From NCBI GenBank assembly GCA_963668675.2, contig CAXXMB010000002.1, positions 1,536,001 through 1,600,000 on the forward strand: 64,000 bases of DNA, in the 5' to 3' direction. The DNA is from an uncultured Desulfatitalea sp. Its GTDB lineage: Bacteria > Desulfobacterota > Desulfobacteria > Desulfobacterales > Desulfosarcinaceae. This document shows positions 30,601 through 39,741 of this stretch, piece after piece. Numbering within the stretch: position 1 is the stretch's first letter; each line of letters opens with the position of its first letter. The notes beneath the pieces are model-generated. The model saw nothing but the letters and a program-made list of their open reading frames with translations. It made no database searches and had not been told where the DNA came from. The position numbers and the translations under genes were made by a program.

Positions 30601-30806
30601 TCGGGGCTTGCGCCAGGGTAGGACACGGAGATGTTGACGATATCCAGGTCAAAGGCAGGGAAGACCTCCTTTTTGATCTGAAAACTGAAGGCGATACCGC
30701 CGATCAGGAGAACGGCCATCAAGAGGTTGGCCGCCACCGAATGGCCGGCCATCCATCGGATGGGGCCTTTGGGCAAGGTCTCTTTTTCGTTCGAGGAATG
30801 ATCCAT
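27657..30806 (-). CDS. RND efflux permease (AcrB/MdtB family)
   Basis: 1049 aa, YPGASPEEVE, GIVVDDAIVVGEN, RFRPIMLTTLTT. Confidence 0.96.
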   Translation of the reverse strand: MDHSSNEKETLPKGPIRWMAGHSVAANLLMAVLLIGGIAFSFQIKKEVFPAFDLDIVNISVSYPGASPEEVERGIILAIEEAVSGLEGIEEVTASGREGIGTVTVEMREGENIQRLAQEIQAEVDRISSFPEEAEDPTVTIVSPKRYVVSLALHGEQDERTLRTYAENIRDRLLQHPEITQVELESARDFEIAIEIPQRTLRTYNLTLDEVARRIRAASVDLPGGAIKSPSGDILLRMKEQRDVGSEFGQIPIVTAEDGTQVLLEDIADIKDAFVETDFKTTYNGESALMIAVYRVGDQTPITVSKAVKEVVADLNQILPPGLSVDLRNDRSEIYSQRLGMLMKNGYLGLVLVFILLAFFLEPRLAFWVSLGIPVSFLGSLFLLPLGDVSINMVSMFAFIVTLGIVVDDAIVVGENVYTLRQQGQSWFHAAVNGARDISMPIGFSVLTNMVAFMPLFFVPGFMGKIFRQMPVVVISVFAISLVESLFILPAHLGHHKQRATPWIFRGVVSLQKRFSAAFIRFVKNVYGPFLALVLRWRYVSLGIGMAVLLITIGYILSGRLGFELFPKIESDYAMVTATLPFGSAFEKTNAVERHLVEAARAVAAESGGAELVEGVYAAIWANVAEVRVYLTPPERRPISTTDYTRKWRERVGALAGLESLKFESDAGGPGRGAAISIELSHQDIRVLEKASAELAAAMSYYPNVVDVDDGFAPGKQQIDFQVRPEARSLGLQASGIAGQLRHAFYGAEALRQQRGRNEVKVMVRLPKSERVSEYYLDEMVLRTPAGGELPMSAAVDIKRGRAYTDIDRRAGRRIITVSADAQPRSKAGLVLADVTRSVLPELQRKYAGLIYSLEGRQADRRESMQALVKGEMAILLVIFAILAIPLNSYIQPAIIMISIPFGIVGAVIGHLIMGYSLSIISMFGVVALTGVVINDSLVLIDMANRNRRSGMTAYKGILQAGQMRFRPIMLTTLTTFGGLAPMIFETSRQARFLIPMAISLGFGVLFATVITLALVPSIYLIMEDVKWSAGKLWAWFRGRPGPVGREQI

Positions 30807-30857
30807 GGTTCAGGTTTCGCTGAAAAAATTGTAAAGGTCGTAAGTAACTGCTCTTGC

Positions 30858-32117
30858 CTACTGCGCTTTCGTATTGGCTCCTATCCGGGGTACCCGGTCC
30901 GCACCGCCCGTCTCCACCCTAAGCTCCATGCCAGCCACAGGCGCCGGCAGATCCGAGACGATCAATTGATCGCTGGACTTTAAGTGATCCCGCAGCAGGA
31001 CCGTCTCGGCATCGCGCCACACAGGGGTCACCTGGCGTATCTCCAGCTTATGATCGTCACCGAGAAGCCAGACCGTGTCGTTGTCGCGCAGCACGGTACG
31101 CGGCACGGCAAAGACGTTGTCCAGGAGGCGCCCATCGATCTCTACGCGCACATATTCTCCGATGAGCAGCGGCGGCCGGTCTGCCGCCTCCTTCGATCCC
31201 AGGCCCAGCGGGTCGTCGACCTCGATCAAGAGCCGGGCCATGCGACCTCCATTGGTCAGATCCCCCAGGAGACGGACCACCCGCCCCTCGACCAGGTGGT
31301 CGCCGTTGTAACGAATACGCACCATTGCCCCCTTCTGCCCGGCCTGCCGGGGGATCGAGACCCAGTCGAGGCGTTCGACCGGGAGCGTAGCCTTGACCCA
31401 GTACACGTCGGTGCCCACCAATTCGGCCAGGGTCTTCTGTGGCGATACCTGGGAGCCCACCTCCACCGACCGGCTGAGGATGATGGCGTTAAAAGGGGCT
31501 TCGATGCGCGTGCGTTCGACATCCAGGGCCGCCTTGCGCAGGGCCGCCTCGGCAGAGGCCACGTCGGCCCGCGCTTTTTCCAGATGGGGTTTGCGCAGGG
31601 CCAACCCCCCCTCCTCTTCCGGGGAGCCATCCCTGAGCAGTTCCCACTCGCGCCGGGCCACCTGCTGGCGCCCCTCTTCAAGTGCAAGGGCGTATTTGGC
31701 ATTGACCAGATCGCTCCGGCGCTGGGCCAGGGCCAGTTGGTAGTCGTCGTCTTCAAGCTGTACGAGCAGGTCGCCCTGCCGTACAAAGCCGCCATCGGTA
31801 AATTCGGGATGGATGGCGATCACCTCACCGGCCACGCGCGCTTCGAGTTTTACGCTGTTGGCGGGCATCACCGTTCCCATGGCCTTGACCACCACCTGGC
31901 GACGGTCTGGCGCGAAGCGCTGCACCTCTACAAGTGGCACCCATTTGGCCGGCGGACGCTTGCTGGTGGTCGGCGCCGTTTTCCACAGGTAGAGGCCGAT
32001 GCCCAACCCCACAAACACAATGGCGATGGCAATCATGATGCGGATGGCCCGCTTCCACCACCGCACCGAAGGCGACTTGCCGTTCTGATGAAATTGCTGT
32101 TGTAAATTCTTAGTCAT
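30858..32117 (-). CDS. RND periplasmic adaptor (membrane fusion protein)
   Basis: N-terminal TM, ARVAGEV, RTRIEAPFNA lipoyl/hairpin pattern; start at 32117 overlaps the upstream stop. Confidence 0.93.
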   Translation of the reverse strand: MTKNLQQQFHQNGKSPSVRWWKRAIRIMIAIAIVFVGLGIGLYLWKTAPTTSKRPPAKWVPLVEVQRFAPDRRQVVVKAMGTVMPANSVKLEARVAGEVIAIHPEFTDGGFVRQGDLLVQLEDDDYQLALAQRRSDLVNAKYALALEEGRQQVARREWELLRDGSPEEEGGLALRKPHLEKARADVASAEAALRKAALDVERTRIEAPFNAIILSRSVEVGSQVSPQKTLAELVGTDVYWVKATLPVERLDWVSIPRQAGQKGAMVRIRYNGDHLVEGRVVRLLGDLTNGGRMARLLIEVDDPLGLGSKEAADRPPLLIGEYVRVEIDGRLLDNVFAVPRTVLRDNDTVWLLGDDHKLEIRQVTPVWRDAETVLLRDHLKSSDQLIVSDLPAPVAGMELRVETGGADRVPRIGANTKAQ

Positions 32118-33621
32118 GGGTTCCCGTTCCAGCTTCTTCTTTTTCAGGCGTACTTGCATCCAACTTTTTCATGTCGGGCATCTCCAGTGTATCGGGCCAG
32201 CTGCCGCCTATCGCGCGGTAAAGGCCAACCCGGGCAGTAAGCAGGTTGGCCTGCTTGCGGATCAAGTCGCGCTCGAGGTTCTGGACCGAGAGCAGTTGGG
32301 TCAACACCGGCAGATAGTCGTTCAATCCCTTGCGGTAGCGCACACCAGCCTCCTCCAGCGCTCTGCGGGCGGTTTGGGCAGCCTGCTGCAGCCGTTCGAT
32401 GTGCTGCTGCTGTTTGGTCTCCTGTACGAGGGCGTCCTCCACCTCTTTGACAGCAGTGTAGACCGTATCCCGGTAGGCCGCCAGATTTTCATCGGCCACA
32501 GCCCGGGTCCGATCCACTTCGGCGCGGCGGCTCCCGCCATCGATAATGGGAAGGGTCAGATTGGCCGCCAGGGTAAGGAGCCAGTTGTCGAAGAGGGCCT
32601 CCAGGTCGCCGTCACCGTACTGCGCCCGGGCCGTCAAACTCAACGCCGGCAGGCGGTTGGCCCTTGCCTCGGCGATTTGCCAGTCGGCGGCCTGCAGCCG
32701 CAAACCCGCAGCGACCACATCCGGTCGAGCCGCCAGCAGATCCGCAGGCAGGCCGGCGGGAGGCAGAGGCGTCGGCTCGGGCAAACGACCGCTGGTAATT
32801 CGCAGGTCGGCCCGCGGCGGCTGGCCCATCAGCACCGCCAACTGGTGCATGAGCAGCTGCTCCTCCTGCTCGACAAGCGGTATCTCGGCCAGCACATTCT
32901 CCACGAGCTGCTTCTGCTGGTAGACATCCAGGGCGGAGACCATTGCGTTACGAAAACGCAGCTCCACCAGCTCGAGCAGTGTTCGGTTGATGCGCAACTG
33001 CTCCTCGAGCAGCGCCTTCTGCATCCGTTGGGAGAGGATGCCGATCCAGCGGCGCGCGACTTCGGCGGTGATCGTCACGGCGGCCGCATTGAGATCCTGG
33101 CGCGACGCCTCGGCCTGCAGCAGCGCCGAGCGGTGACGGGCCCTCACTCGGCCCCACAGATCGATCTCATAGCGGCTCACCAATCCCAGCCGGGCATCTT
33201 CGAATTCGAAACTGCTGCCACCAATTGCCACCGAGCGCTGGCGCCCTTTGAGAAAATCGGCGCTGCCCGTCAAATCCGGGTAGCGCCCGGCGCCGGCCTG
33301 AACCGCCAGCGCCCGACTCTGGCGCAATCGCGCCCACGCCTCCTGGATGTTGAAGTTGCCGGTCAGCGCACGCTCCACAAGTCGATTCAACTCCGGGTCC
33401 CCAAAGCTCTCCCACCAGTGCAGATCCGGATCAACTTCACCCGAATAGAGGGAGAACCGCCCCGGAACCTCACCGCCCAGCGAGCGCGCCTCCGGCTTGA
33501 ACGGCTGGCAACCAGCAATGAAAGACAATCCAAGGCCAATAACGCTCAGCAGAATAAAATGCCACCCCGGTGAGCGATGAAAGCCGCAATTACAAATAGA
33601 TAAACACATGGGACGATTCAT
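32110..33621 (-). CDS. Outer-membrane efflux lipoprotein (NodT/TolC family)
   Basis: IAGC lipobox, WWESFGDPELNRLV, YEIDLWGRVR, RPDVVAA, LYRAIGGSW; start uncertain. Confidence 0.93.
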   Translation of the reverse strand: MNRPMCLSICNCGFHRSPGWHFILLSVIGLGLSFIAGCQPFKPEARSLGGEVPGRFSLYSGEVDPDLHWWESFGDPELNRLVERALTGNFNIQEAWARLRQSRALAVQAGAGRYPDLTGSADFLKGRQRSVAIGGSSFEFEDARLGLVSRYEIDLWGRVRARHRSALLQAEASRQDLNAAAVTITAEVARRWIGILSQRMQKALLEEQLRINRTLLELVELRFRNAMVSALDVYQQKQLVENVLAEIPLVEQEEQLLMHQLAVLMGQPPRADLRITSGRLPEPTPLPPAGLPADLLAARPDVVAAGLRLQAADWQIAEARANRLPALSLTARAQYGDGDLEALFDNWLLTLAANLTLPIIDGGSRRAEVDRTRAVADENLAAYRDTVYTAVKEVEDALVQETKQQQHIERLQQAAQTARRALEEAGVRYRKGLNDYLPVLTQLLSVQNLERDLIRKQANLLTARVGLYRAIGGSWPDTLEMPDMKKLDASTPEKEEAGTGTHD

Positions 33622-33893
33622 CTTCCAACATGAATGAGGCTAATCTCCTGTCCGGCCCTGCGTCAGCGCCTCCAAAGGCTGCTGGCGGCAATCGTTGCCG
33701 GTTCAACAACATAACCATCATATCCGATTCCGAAAGAGAGCGGCAGCCATCCGTCACTGGGGGCTGCCGCCGGATCTTTCCTCCCGGCATATAATGGGGA
33801 TCGGGAACAAAATCAGTACAATCTGTATCCCTATTCAATGAAATTATCAAACATCAATGAATAGGGAAGAGGGGTGGCGCAATGGGCGGGGCG

Positions 33894-36800
33894 TCAGACC
33901 ACAGAGGCACGCTCTTGAGGACCCTGCGCGTTTCGGTCCGAAAACGGAATGCCGTCGAGCACCCCCCGGACGGTCCTGGCCAGTTCCTGTATCGCCAGGG
34001 GTTTCATTGCCAGTGCCTTCACACCTGCATTGGCAATGGTGCCATCGGACAACTTCTTGCTGTATCCGGTGCACAGAATGATGGGGATGTCGGCACGGAT
34101 AGCAACAAGCTCGGCAGCCAGCTTGTCACCACTCAGGTCAGGCATTGTCATGTCGGTAATGACGAGGTCAAACCCATCAGGGGTGGCGCGAAAAAGATCC
34201 AGCGCGGCCAGGCTGCTGTTCCGGGCAGTGACCCGATAGCCCATTTGCTCCAGAATCGTGCAACCCACCTCGGTCACGGACGGCTCGTCATCCACGTAGA
34301 GAATACGCTCACAGCCGGGGGGCTGCTTCTCGGATGGTTCCGTTGCCACCTCTTCAACCGGTTGGATGGCCGGAAGATAGATGGTAAAACAGGTTCCCTT
34401 GCCCAGTTCACTTTCGACGGTGATCGCACCGCCATAACTCTCTACGATACCGTGCACCACTGACAACCCCAAACCGGTGCCCTCTCCAACCGGCTTGGTG
34501 GTAAAATAGGGCTCAAAAATCATCGGCAGCAAGTCACCGCCGATGCCTTTGCCGCTGTCTCGGACCGATATCTTTAAATATTGACCTGGTTTAACATCCC
34601 GGTTCGTTTCTGCCTCCTGGTCTGGAATGGCCACATCACAGAGACCAACCTCCAAATGGCCCCCGTCCTCCTCCATGGCTTGGGCCGCATTGGTACACAA
34701 ATTCATGAAGATCTGGTGGATCTGGGTCAGGTCGGCCATGACCAAGGCGTCGCTTCGGACATCGGTCTCTATTCTAATGGTCGATGGGATGGTGGATCGC
34801 ATTAGCTTTAGCACCTCTTTGGCGACCGAACTCACCTTGACCGGCTTCAGCTCTTCTTCTACTTGCCGGGCAAAGGTCAATATCTGATTGACCAGGTCCT
34901 TGGCGCGGATGCCTGCTTTGAGAACGCCTTTCAAATACTTCTCAGCGGCAACGCCCGGAACGACATCGGTCAGGGCCAGCTCCGTATACCCAATCACCGC
35001 CGAAAGGATATTGTTGAAGTCATGGGCAATGCCGCCGGCCAGGGTGCCGATGGCTTCCATTTTCTGGGCCTGCTGCAGGCGCGTTTCCATTGCCTTCTGC
35101 TCACTGAGATCGATAATAAGGCCACGCAGCCCTACCACGCGGTGTCCGTCGATGATCGGATTGGAATGGATGAGGATCGGAAATGGAGTGCCGTCCTTTC
35201 GCAGCGCCCTGTACTCTTTCGGATCTGATCTTTTACCGCTCATCAAAATGGCATTCGTCTCGAACGCGTCGTCACGATCTTCCGGGCTGATCATCTCCAA
35301 TGCATTGAGACCGCGTTCAAAATCCTCGTGACCATAGCCGAACTGCTCGAAGGCGATCTTATTCACAAACGTCAACATGCCTTTGCCATCGGTTTCGAAA
35401 ATCGTTTGGGGCAGAAAATCGGCCAGTTGCCGGAACCGTTTTTCACTGGTGCGCACAGCTTCTTCGATGCGTCTTTGCTCAGTGACGTCCTCTCCCGAAC
35501 TCAGTCGGGCAAGGATTTCACCGTTGTCGTCCCGGATGGCCACATGGTGCCAGGCCACCAAACGCTCTTCACCGGTGGCTGTCACTACCGGCTTTTCGTA
35601 ATATTCGTCAAATCCCTCTTTGCTTCTGAATGCCTCGCAAAATCGTGCTTTCATCTCGCCCCTGAATCGTTCGGGCAGAAATTCATCGAACCATCGTTTG
35701 CCAATAATCTCACCCTCGGAGAGCCCTAAGATGCTGCACCCCTTCTTGTTGATGAGGGTGACCTCCTGGTTCCTGTTGAGAACAAGCAGGATCACCTCGG
35801 CCACATCCAAATATTGTTGGGCACTGTCCCGCTCTTCGCGAAGCGCCTCTTCCATGGCTTTGCGTTCGGTAATGTCCCGGGCGATGCCGTATACGGCATG
35901 GTCGTCGAGCGGCACCGCCGCCAGATCGATGATGCGTTCGGCGCCGTCGGGGCAGTGAAAAACGACCTCCCCAATCTCCACAGGACCGTCGAGGTCTCCC
36001 AACTTCTCGATGCGTCTTTGGGCGTGGTGGGGCGTGATTTCACGGGTCGTCAAACCTCGAAGCGCTTCAAGCGTTCTATCGACCAGACGCAGGGCCGCAT
36101 CATTGGCATCCAGAAAGTGTCCCGTTCGTTTGTCCACCACAAAAACGGCATCGGTGGTTCGTTCGAAAAGGCGTCTAAATTTGGATTCGCTTCTGACCAA
36201 TGATCGCCTGGCGGCTTCACGCGCCAGCAGCATGTTGTTGGCGGAACTCGCCAAGCGCTTGAATTCGCCCCACTGCATCATCTGCTGGTCGATGGATTCC
36301 GATGTTTCAACCGCTCTCTCTAGTGCGGAAGAGAAGGCGTCGAACTGCAAACGGGTCTTGAGCGCCATGCGCGTGAAAAGAAAAACACAGAAGAGGACCA
36401 AACCGGCCAGTATGATCAGGATTTTTATAATATGCCCCTTGATTTGCAACCACATCTGATCCCGTTGACGATCGATGGCCGCATCGATCTTGTCCATATT
36501 GATACCGGACCCAATGTACCACTCCCACTCGGGGATACCGACCACATAGCTGATCTTGGGTATCTGTTCCCACCCCTCGAACTGGGGTAATACATAACTT
36601 AAATATCCGCCCCCCTTTTTTGCCAAAGCGATCAGTTCGCGCACAACGGCAATGCCGTTGGCATCGGTGATGCCAATCATATTTTGGCCTATCTCGGGAC
36701 CGGAAAGACTCACCCCCTGGTATGTGCCTGCAAAGATGTAACCATCCTTTCCGATGGTCACGCTTTCGATGCGCGCCAGAACCTCCTTCTGAATATCGGC

Positions 36801-37484
36801 CGTGACATCTTCCAGATAAGCTCCGGTCCCGATCAACCAACCGAACGGCTCAAACCGTTTCACGAAGGCAATTTTGGGATGCGCATTGCCTCCGACGCCT
36901 GGCTTGGTCCAATGGTAGGTATAAAACCCCTCTCCCTTGTCAGAGACGAGGTCGATCATATCCCGTACGACATTTTCACCCCGGCCACCTTGAAGAGCGA
37001 GCATGTTTTTACCCTCCAGCTCCGGACGGTCGGCAAAAAGACGCTCTACTCCATCGAAATCGGTTGCAAAATAGTAGCCGCGGCCCGAATTAAAGCGAAT
37101 TGGCCGCAAAGCGTCTTTGACAAGCGCCTCCAATGGGTCCTTGGGCATCTGATGGCGATAGCGAAGATATAAATTAGATGCGATGGCATGCGCCTCATAG
37201 ACCCTTGCTTTGATGGCGCTTCTCAGCCGATCTTCGGTCTGGGCCATCATGTAGTTCAAATAGCTGACGGTGGATTCCACCTCGAGTTTAAGCAGCGCCT
37301 TTCTATCCTCGACGAAGCGCTCCCTCATCTCGGTGCTGGTCACCCGGAACGAATCGACTTCGCTGTAAATCCATACCGCCCCGATCACAAGAATAGAGGT
37401 GACGGAAATGCCGATCAGATACGACAGCAAAGTGCGGCTGAGGTTCGGCTTGGGTAGTTTGTTGGTTTTTATGATGTCTGCCAC
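33894..37484 (-). CDS. Hybrid sensor kinase: double Cache, 3 PAS, HisKA/HATPase, receiver
   Basis: TM-Cache (GYYFA..PKIAFVKRFEPFGWLIGTG, repeated)-TM; AGGIAHDFNN, NLCTNAAQAM, GTGLGL; ILYVDDE..DMTMP..KP. Confidence 0.94.
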   Translation of the reverse strand: MADIIKTNKLPKPNLSRTLLSYLIGISVTSILVIGAVWIYSEVDSFRVTSTEMRERFVEDRKALLKLEVESTVSYLNYMMAQTEDRLRSAIKARVYEAHAIASNLYLRYRHQMPKDPLEALVKDALRPIRFNSGRGYYFATDFDGVERLFADRPELEGKNMLALQGGRGENVVRDMIDLVSDKGEGFYTYHWTKPGVGGNAHPKIAFVKRFEPFGWLIGTGAYLEDVTADIQKEVLARIESVTIGKDGYIFAGTYQGVSLSGPEIGQNMIGITDANGIAVVRELIALAKKGGGYLSYVLPQFEGWEQIPKISYVVGIPEWEWYIGSGINMDKIDAAIDRQRDQMWLQIKGHIIKILIILAGLVLFCVFLFTRMALKTRLQFDAFSSALERAVETSESIDQQMMQWGEFKRLASSANNMLLAREAARRSLVRSESKFRRLFERTTDAVFVVDKRTGHFLDANDAALRLVDRTLEALRGLTTREITPHHAQRRIEKLGDLDGPVEIGEVVFHCPDGAERIIDLAAVPLDDHAVYGIARDITERKAMEEALREERDSAQQYLDVAEVILLVLNRNQEVTLINKKGCSILGLSEGEIIGKRWFDEFLPERFRGEMKARFCEAFRSKEGFDEYYEKPVVTATGEERLVAWHHVAIRDDNGEILARLSSGEDVTEQRRIEEAVRTSEKRFRQLADFLPQTIFETDGKGMLTFVNKIAFEQFGYGHEDFERGLNALEMISPEDRDDAFETNAILMSGKRSDPKEYRALRKDGTPFPILIHSNPIIDGHRVVGLRGLIIDLSEQKAMETRLQQAQKMEAIGTLAGGIAHDFNNILSAVIGYTELALTDVVPGVAAEKYLKGVLKAGIRAKDLVNQILTFARQVEEELKPVKVSSVAKEVLKLMRSTIPSTIRIETDVRSDALVMADLTQIHQIFMNLCTNAAQAMEEDGGHLEVGLCDVAIPDQEAETNRDVKPGQYLKISVRDSGKGIGGDLLPMIFEPYFTTKPVGEGTGLGLSVVHGIVESYGGAITVESELGKGTCFTIYLPAIQPVEEVATEPSEKQPPGCERILYVDDEPSVTEVGCTILEQMGYRVTARNSSLAALDLFRATPDGFDLVITDMTMPDLSGDKLAAELVAIRADIPIILCTGYSKKLSDGTIANAGVKALAMKPLAIQELARTVRGVLDGIPFSDRNAQGPQERASVV

Positions 37485-37732
37485 TGTTTATCATCCTATA
37501 TATGAATAGCTCTAGTTTCGGCCCTTCAGCTCCGAAAATTGAGCACAATTTGTGGGCTGCAGCCGGCTTGATTCCCAACCGACCCGTTTTAATGCAGATC
37601 CGCACCGACGGCCCCCCGCGCATCCGACCCCCTTTTCCTGTTGCATTGATTATGGTAATTGCAATTTGATGCGCTTCAATCGATGATATGGGAAAAAGGT
37701 CCGAATCCAAGCCATGGAAGGAAATATCACCA

Positions 37733-38971
37733 ATGAGAATTCACATATCGACGATCATTGGCACAGCCGTGTTCGCAGTGCTTCTGACCGCCACTGCCTG
37801 TTTTGCAGCAACGGTAACCTTTCCTTCAGGAGAGAAGGTGAATATTTCCGTGGCGCAGCTCAACCTGCTCAAACGGCAACAGGGCCTCTATTACGTGGGT
37901 TATCCCCAGAAAGAGCTCATCCCCAAGAAAACCACCGAGCGCGTCGTGGTCGAAGTGCCAGATGAGCTGGGCGGGGGCTTCCTGATCGGCTTTCCCAAAG
38001 ACTTCCAGAAGGGGTTTGATGCGATAAAGGCATCCGGGGCCTCCGTCATTGAAGAAGAACCTTCCGGGCAGGCTCCACCCAGTCACGCCATCAGACCGGA
38101 AACCAACCCACCGGTTCGGTTCGAATTCGGATTGGACGGCAGTTATCGGATCGATCGGTTGAAATGGAATATCGCCGGCAACAGTTCCGGCAGCAATCCG
38201 AACATCCTGTCGGAGCTGACCTGGACGGATCTTCGCATGTTTCAGCTCGAACTGAGCAACACGACCATTATCAAAAAGAGGGTCTATTTGAGGGGATACG
38301 TGGGCTATGGCGAGATCTACTCGGGAGACAACCAGGACTCCGACTATGCCGGCGACGACCGCACCATAGAGTTCTCCCGATCGAACAACAGCACCGACGA
38401 CGGAGATGCCCTGGATGGCTCGATCGCAGCAGGCTATCGTTTCACCTTCGGCAGCGACCGCTTTGAATTGATCCCCCTCATCGGATACTCCTATCACGAG
38501 CTGAATCTCAATATTACCGACGGTTACCAGACGATACCGGCGACGGGGAGTTTCCCGGGGCTGGACAGCACCTACGACACCCGGTGGCACGGCCCATGGA
38601 CAGGTATCGATTTCAAGGTCAACACCCGGCCGCGGAATTCCTTCATTAGAAAAGGCACCTTTTTCACGACACTCGAAGTGCACTATGCGGATTACTATGC
38701 CGAAGCGGACTGGAACCTGCGCACCGATCTGGCCCATCCGAGAAGCTTCGAGCATGATGCGGAAGCCTTTGGCATCCTGTTCAAGATCGGCGGCAAGCTA
38801 TACTTCGCAACACACTGGGCCCTGAACTTCAGCTACGACTACGCTTACTGGGAGACCGGCGAAGGCACCGACCGCGTCTTTGCGGCCGACGGCAGCACAG
38901 GTGCCACCCAGCTGAACAAAGTGATATGGCAATCCCATGTGCTCTCGCTGGGGATCGTCTATCAGTTCTAA
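37733..38971 (+). CDS. Outer-membrane beta-barrel protein, omptin-like, with extra N-terminal domain
   Basis: Signal peptide, NILSELTW, NQDSDY, SFEH, amphipathic strands, C-terminal YQF. Confidence 0.65.
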   Translation: MRIHISTIIGTAVFAVLLTATACFAATVTFPSGEKVNISVAQLNLLKRQQGLYYVGYPQKELIPKKTTERVVVEVPDELGGGFLIGFPKDFQKGFDAIKASGASVIEEEPSGQAPPSHAIRPETNPPVRFEFGLDGSYRIDRLKWNIAGNSSGSNPNILSELTWTDLRMFQLELSNTTIIKKRVYLRGYVGYGEIYSGDNQDSDYAGDDRTIEFSRSNNSTDDGDALDGSIAAGYRFTFGSDRFELIPLIGYSYHELNLNITDGYQTIPATGSFPGLDSTYDTRWHGPWTGIDFKVNTRPRNSFIRKGTFFTTLEVHYADYYAEADWNLRTDLAHPRSFEHDAEAFGILFKIGGKLYFATHWALNFSYDYAYWETGEGTDRVFAADGSTGATQLNKVIWQSHVLSLGIVYQF

Positions 38972-38976
38972 TGGCT

Positions 38977-39741
38977 TCAGCTTTTTGCGTCACGCTTTTC
39001 AGGCAGTGATAGTCCGTCGCCTAAATACGCTTCCATCGTCCAAAGCGGGCGGATCTCCTTACCACCATTTCCCGGCCAGGGCCAGCCGGCCGGCATGGGC
39101 GATTCAAAACGCATCTCGGTTTTGAGGGTTGGATGGGAAAAGCAGAGGTGCTGGGCCATCAACGCGATACGGCCGTCCGCCATTGCCTGTTTCGCACCGT
39201 ATAGGCGATCTCCGAGGATGGGGCAACCGATAGCGGCCAGCTGCAGGCGAATCTGGTGCCGTCGCCCGGTCTCCAGGCGGATGGAAAGCAAACTCGTTTC
39301 GTCGCCGCAGGCCACCAGGCGGTAGGAGAGCCTGGCCTCCTGGCTGCCTTGGGTGCCGGATGAAACCAACCGGCTCGCATGCCCATGCCGCACCAGGTGA
39401 TGCACCAAGCGGGCGGCCTCCCTGGGGGGTCTTCCCTGCACGACAGCCAGATAGACCTTCTCCACCGTGCCCTGCCGGAACTGCTCGCTCAGACGGGCGG
39501 CCGCCTTGGAGGTGCGCGCCAGCACCACTACGCCGGCCACTGGCGCGTCCAGCCGGTGCACAATACCCGCGAACACCCGGCCCGGCTTGTTGTAACGCGC
39601 CTTCAACCACGCTTTGGCCAGCTCGTCCATACTCGGTCGGCCCTGCCGGTCGCGTTGCATAATCAGACCGGCTGGTTTATAAGGCACCAGCAGATGATTG
39701 TCCTCATAAAAGACGGGCCAACGCGGATGAAAAAAGATCAT
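38977..39741 (-). CDS. RluA-family pseudouridine synthase
   Basis: YEDNHLLV..KPAG, VHRLDAPVAG, ETGRRHQIR, PILGDRLYG; start near 39741. Confidence 0.93.
   Translation of the reverse strand: MIFFHPRWPVFYEDNHLLVPYKPAGLIMQRDRQGRPSMDELAKAWLKARYNKPGRVFAGIVHRLDAPVAGVVVLARTSKAAARLSEQFRQGTVEKVYLAVVQGRPPREAARLVHHLVRHGHASRLVSSGTQGSQEARLSYRLVACGDETSLLSIRLETGRRHQIRLQLAAIGCPILGDRLYGAKQAMADGRIALMAQHLCFSHPTLKTEMRFESPMPAGWPWPGNGGKEIRPLWTMEAYLGDGLSLPEKRDAKS

Noticed and set aside
28074..33573. Long plus-strand ORFs (680, 373 and 485 aa) opposite the RND operon
   Set aside because: Antisense shadow frames typical of GC-rich coding DNA; no motifs
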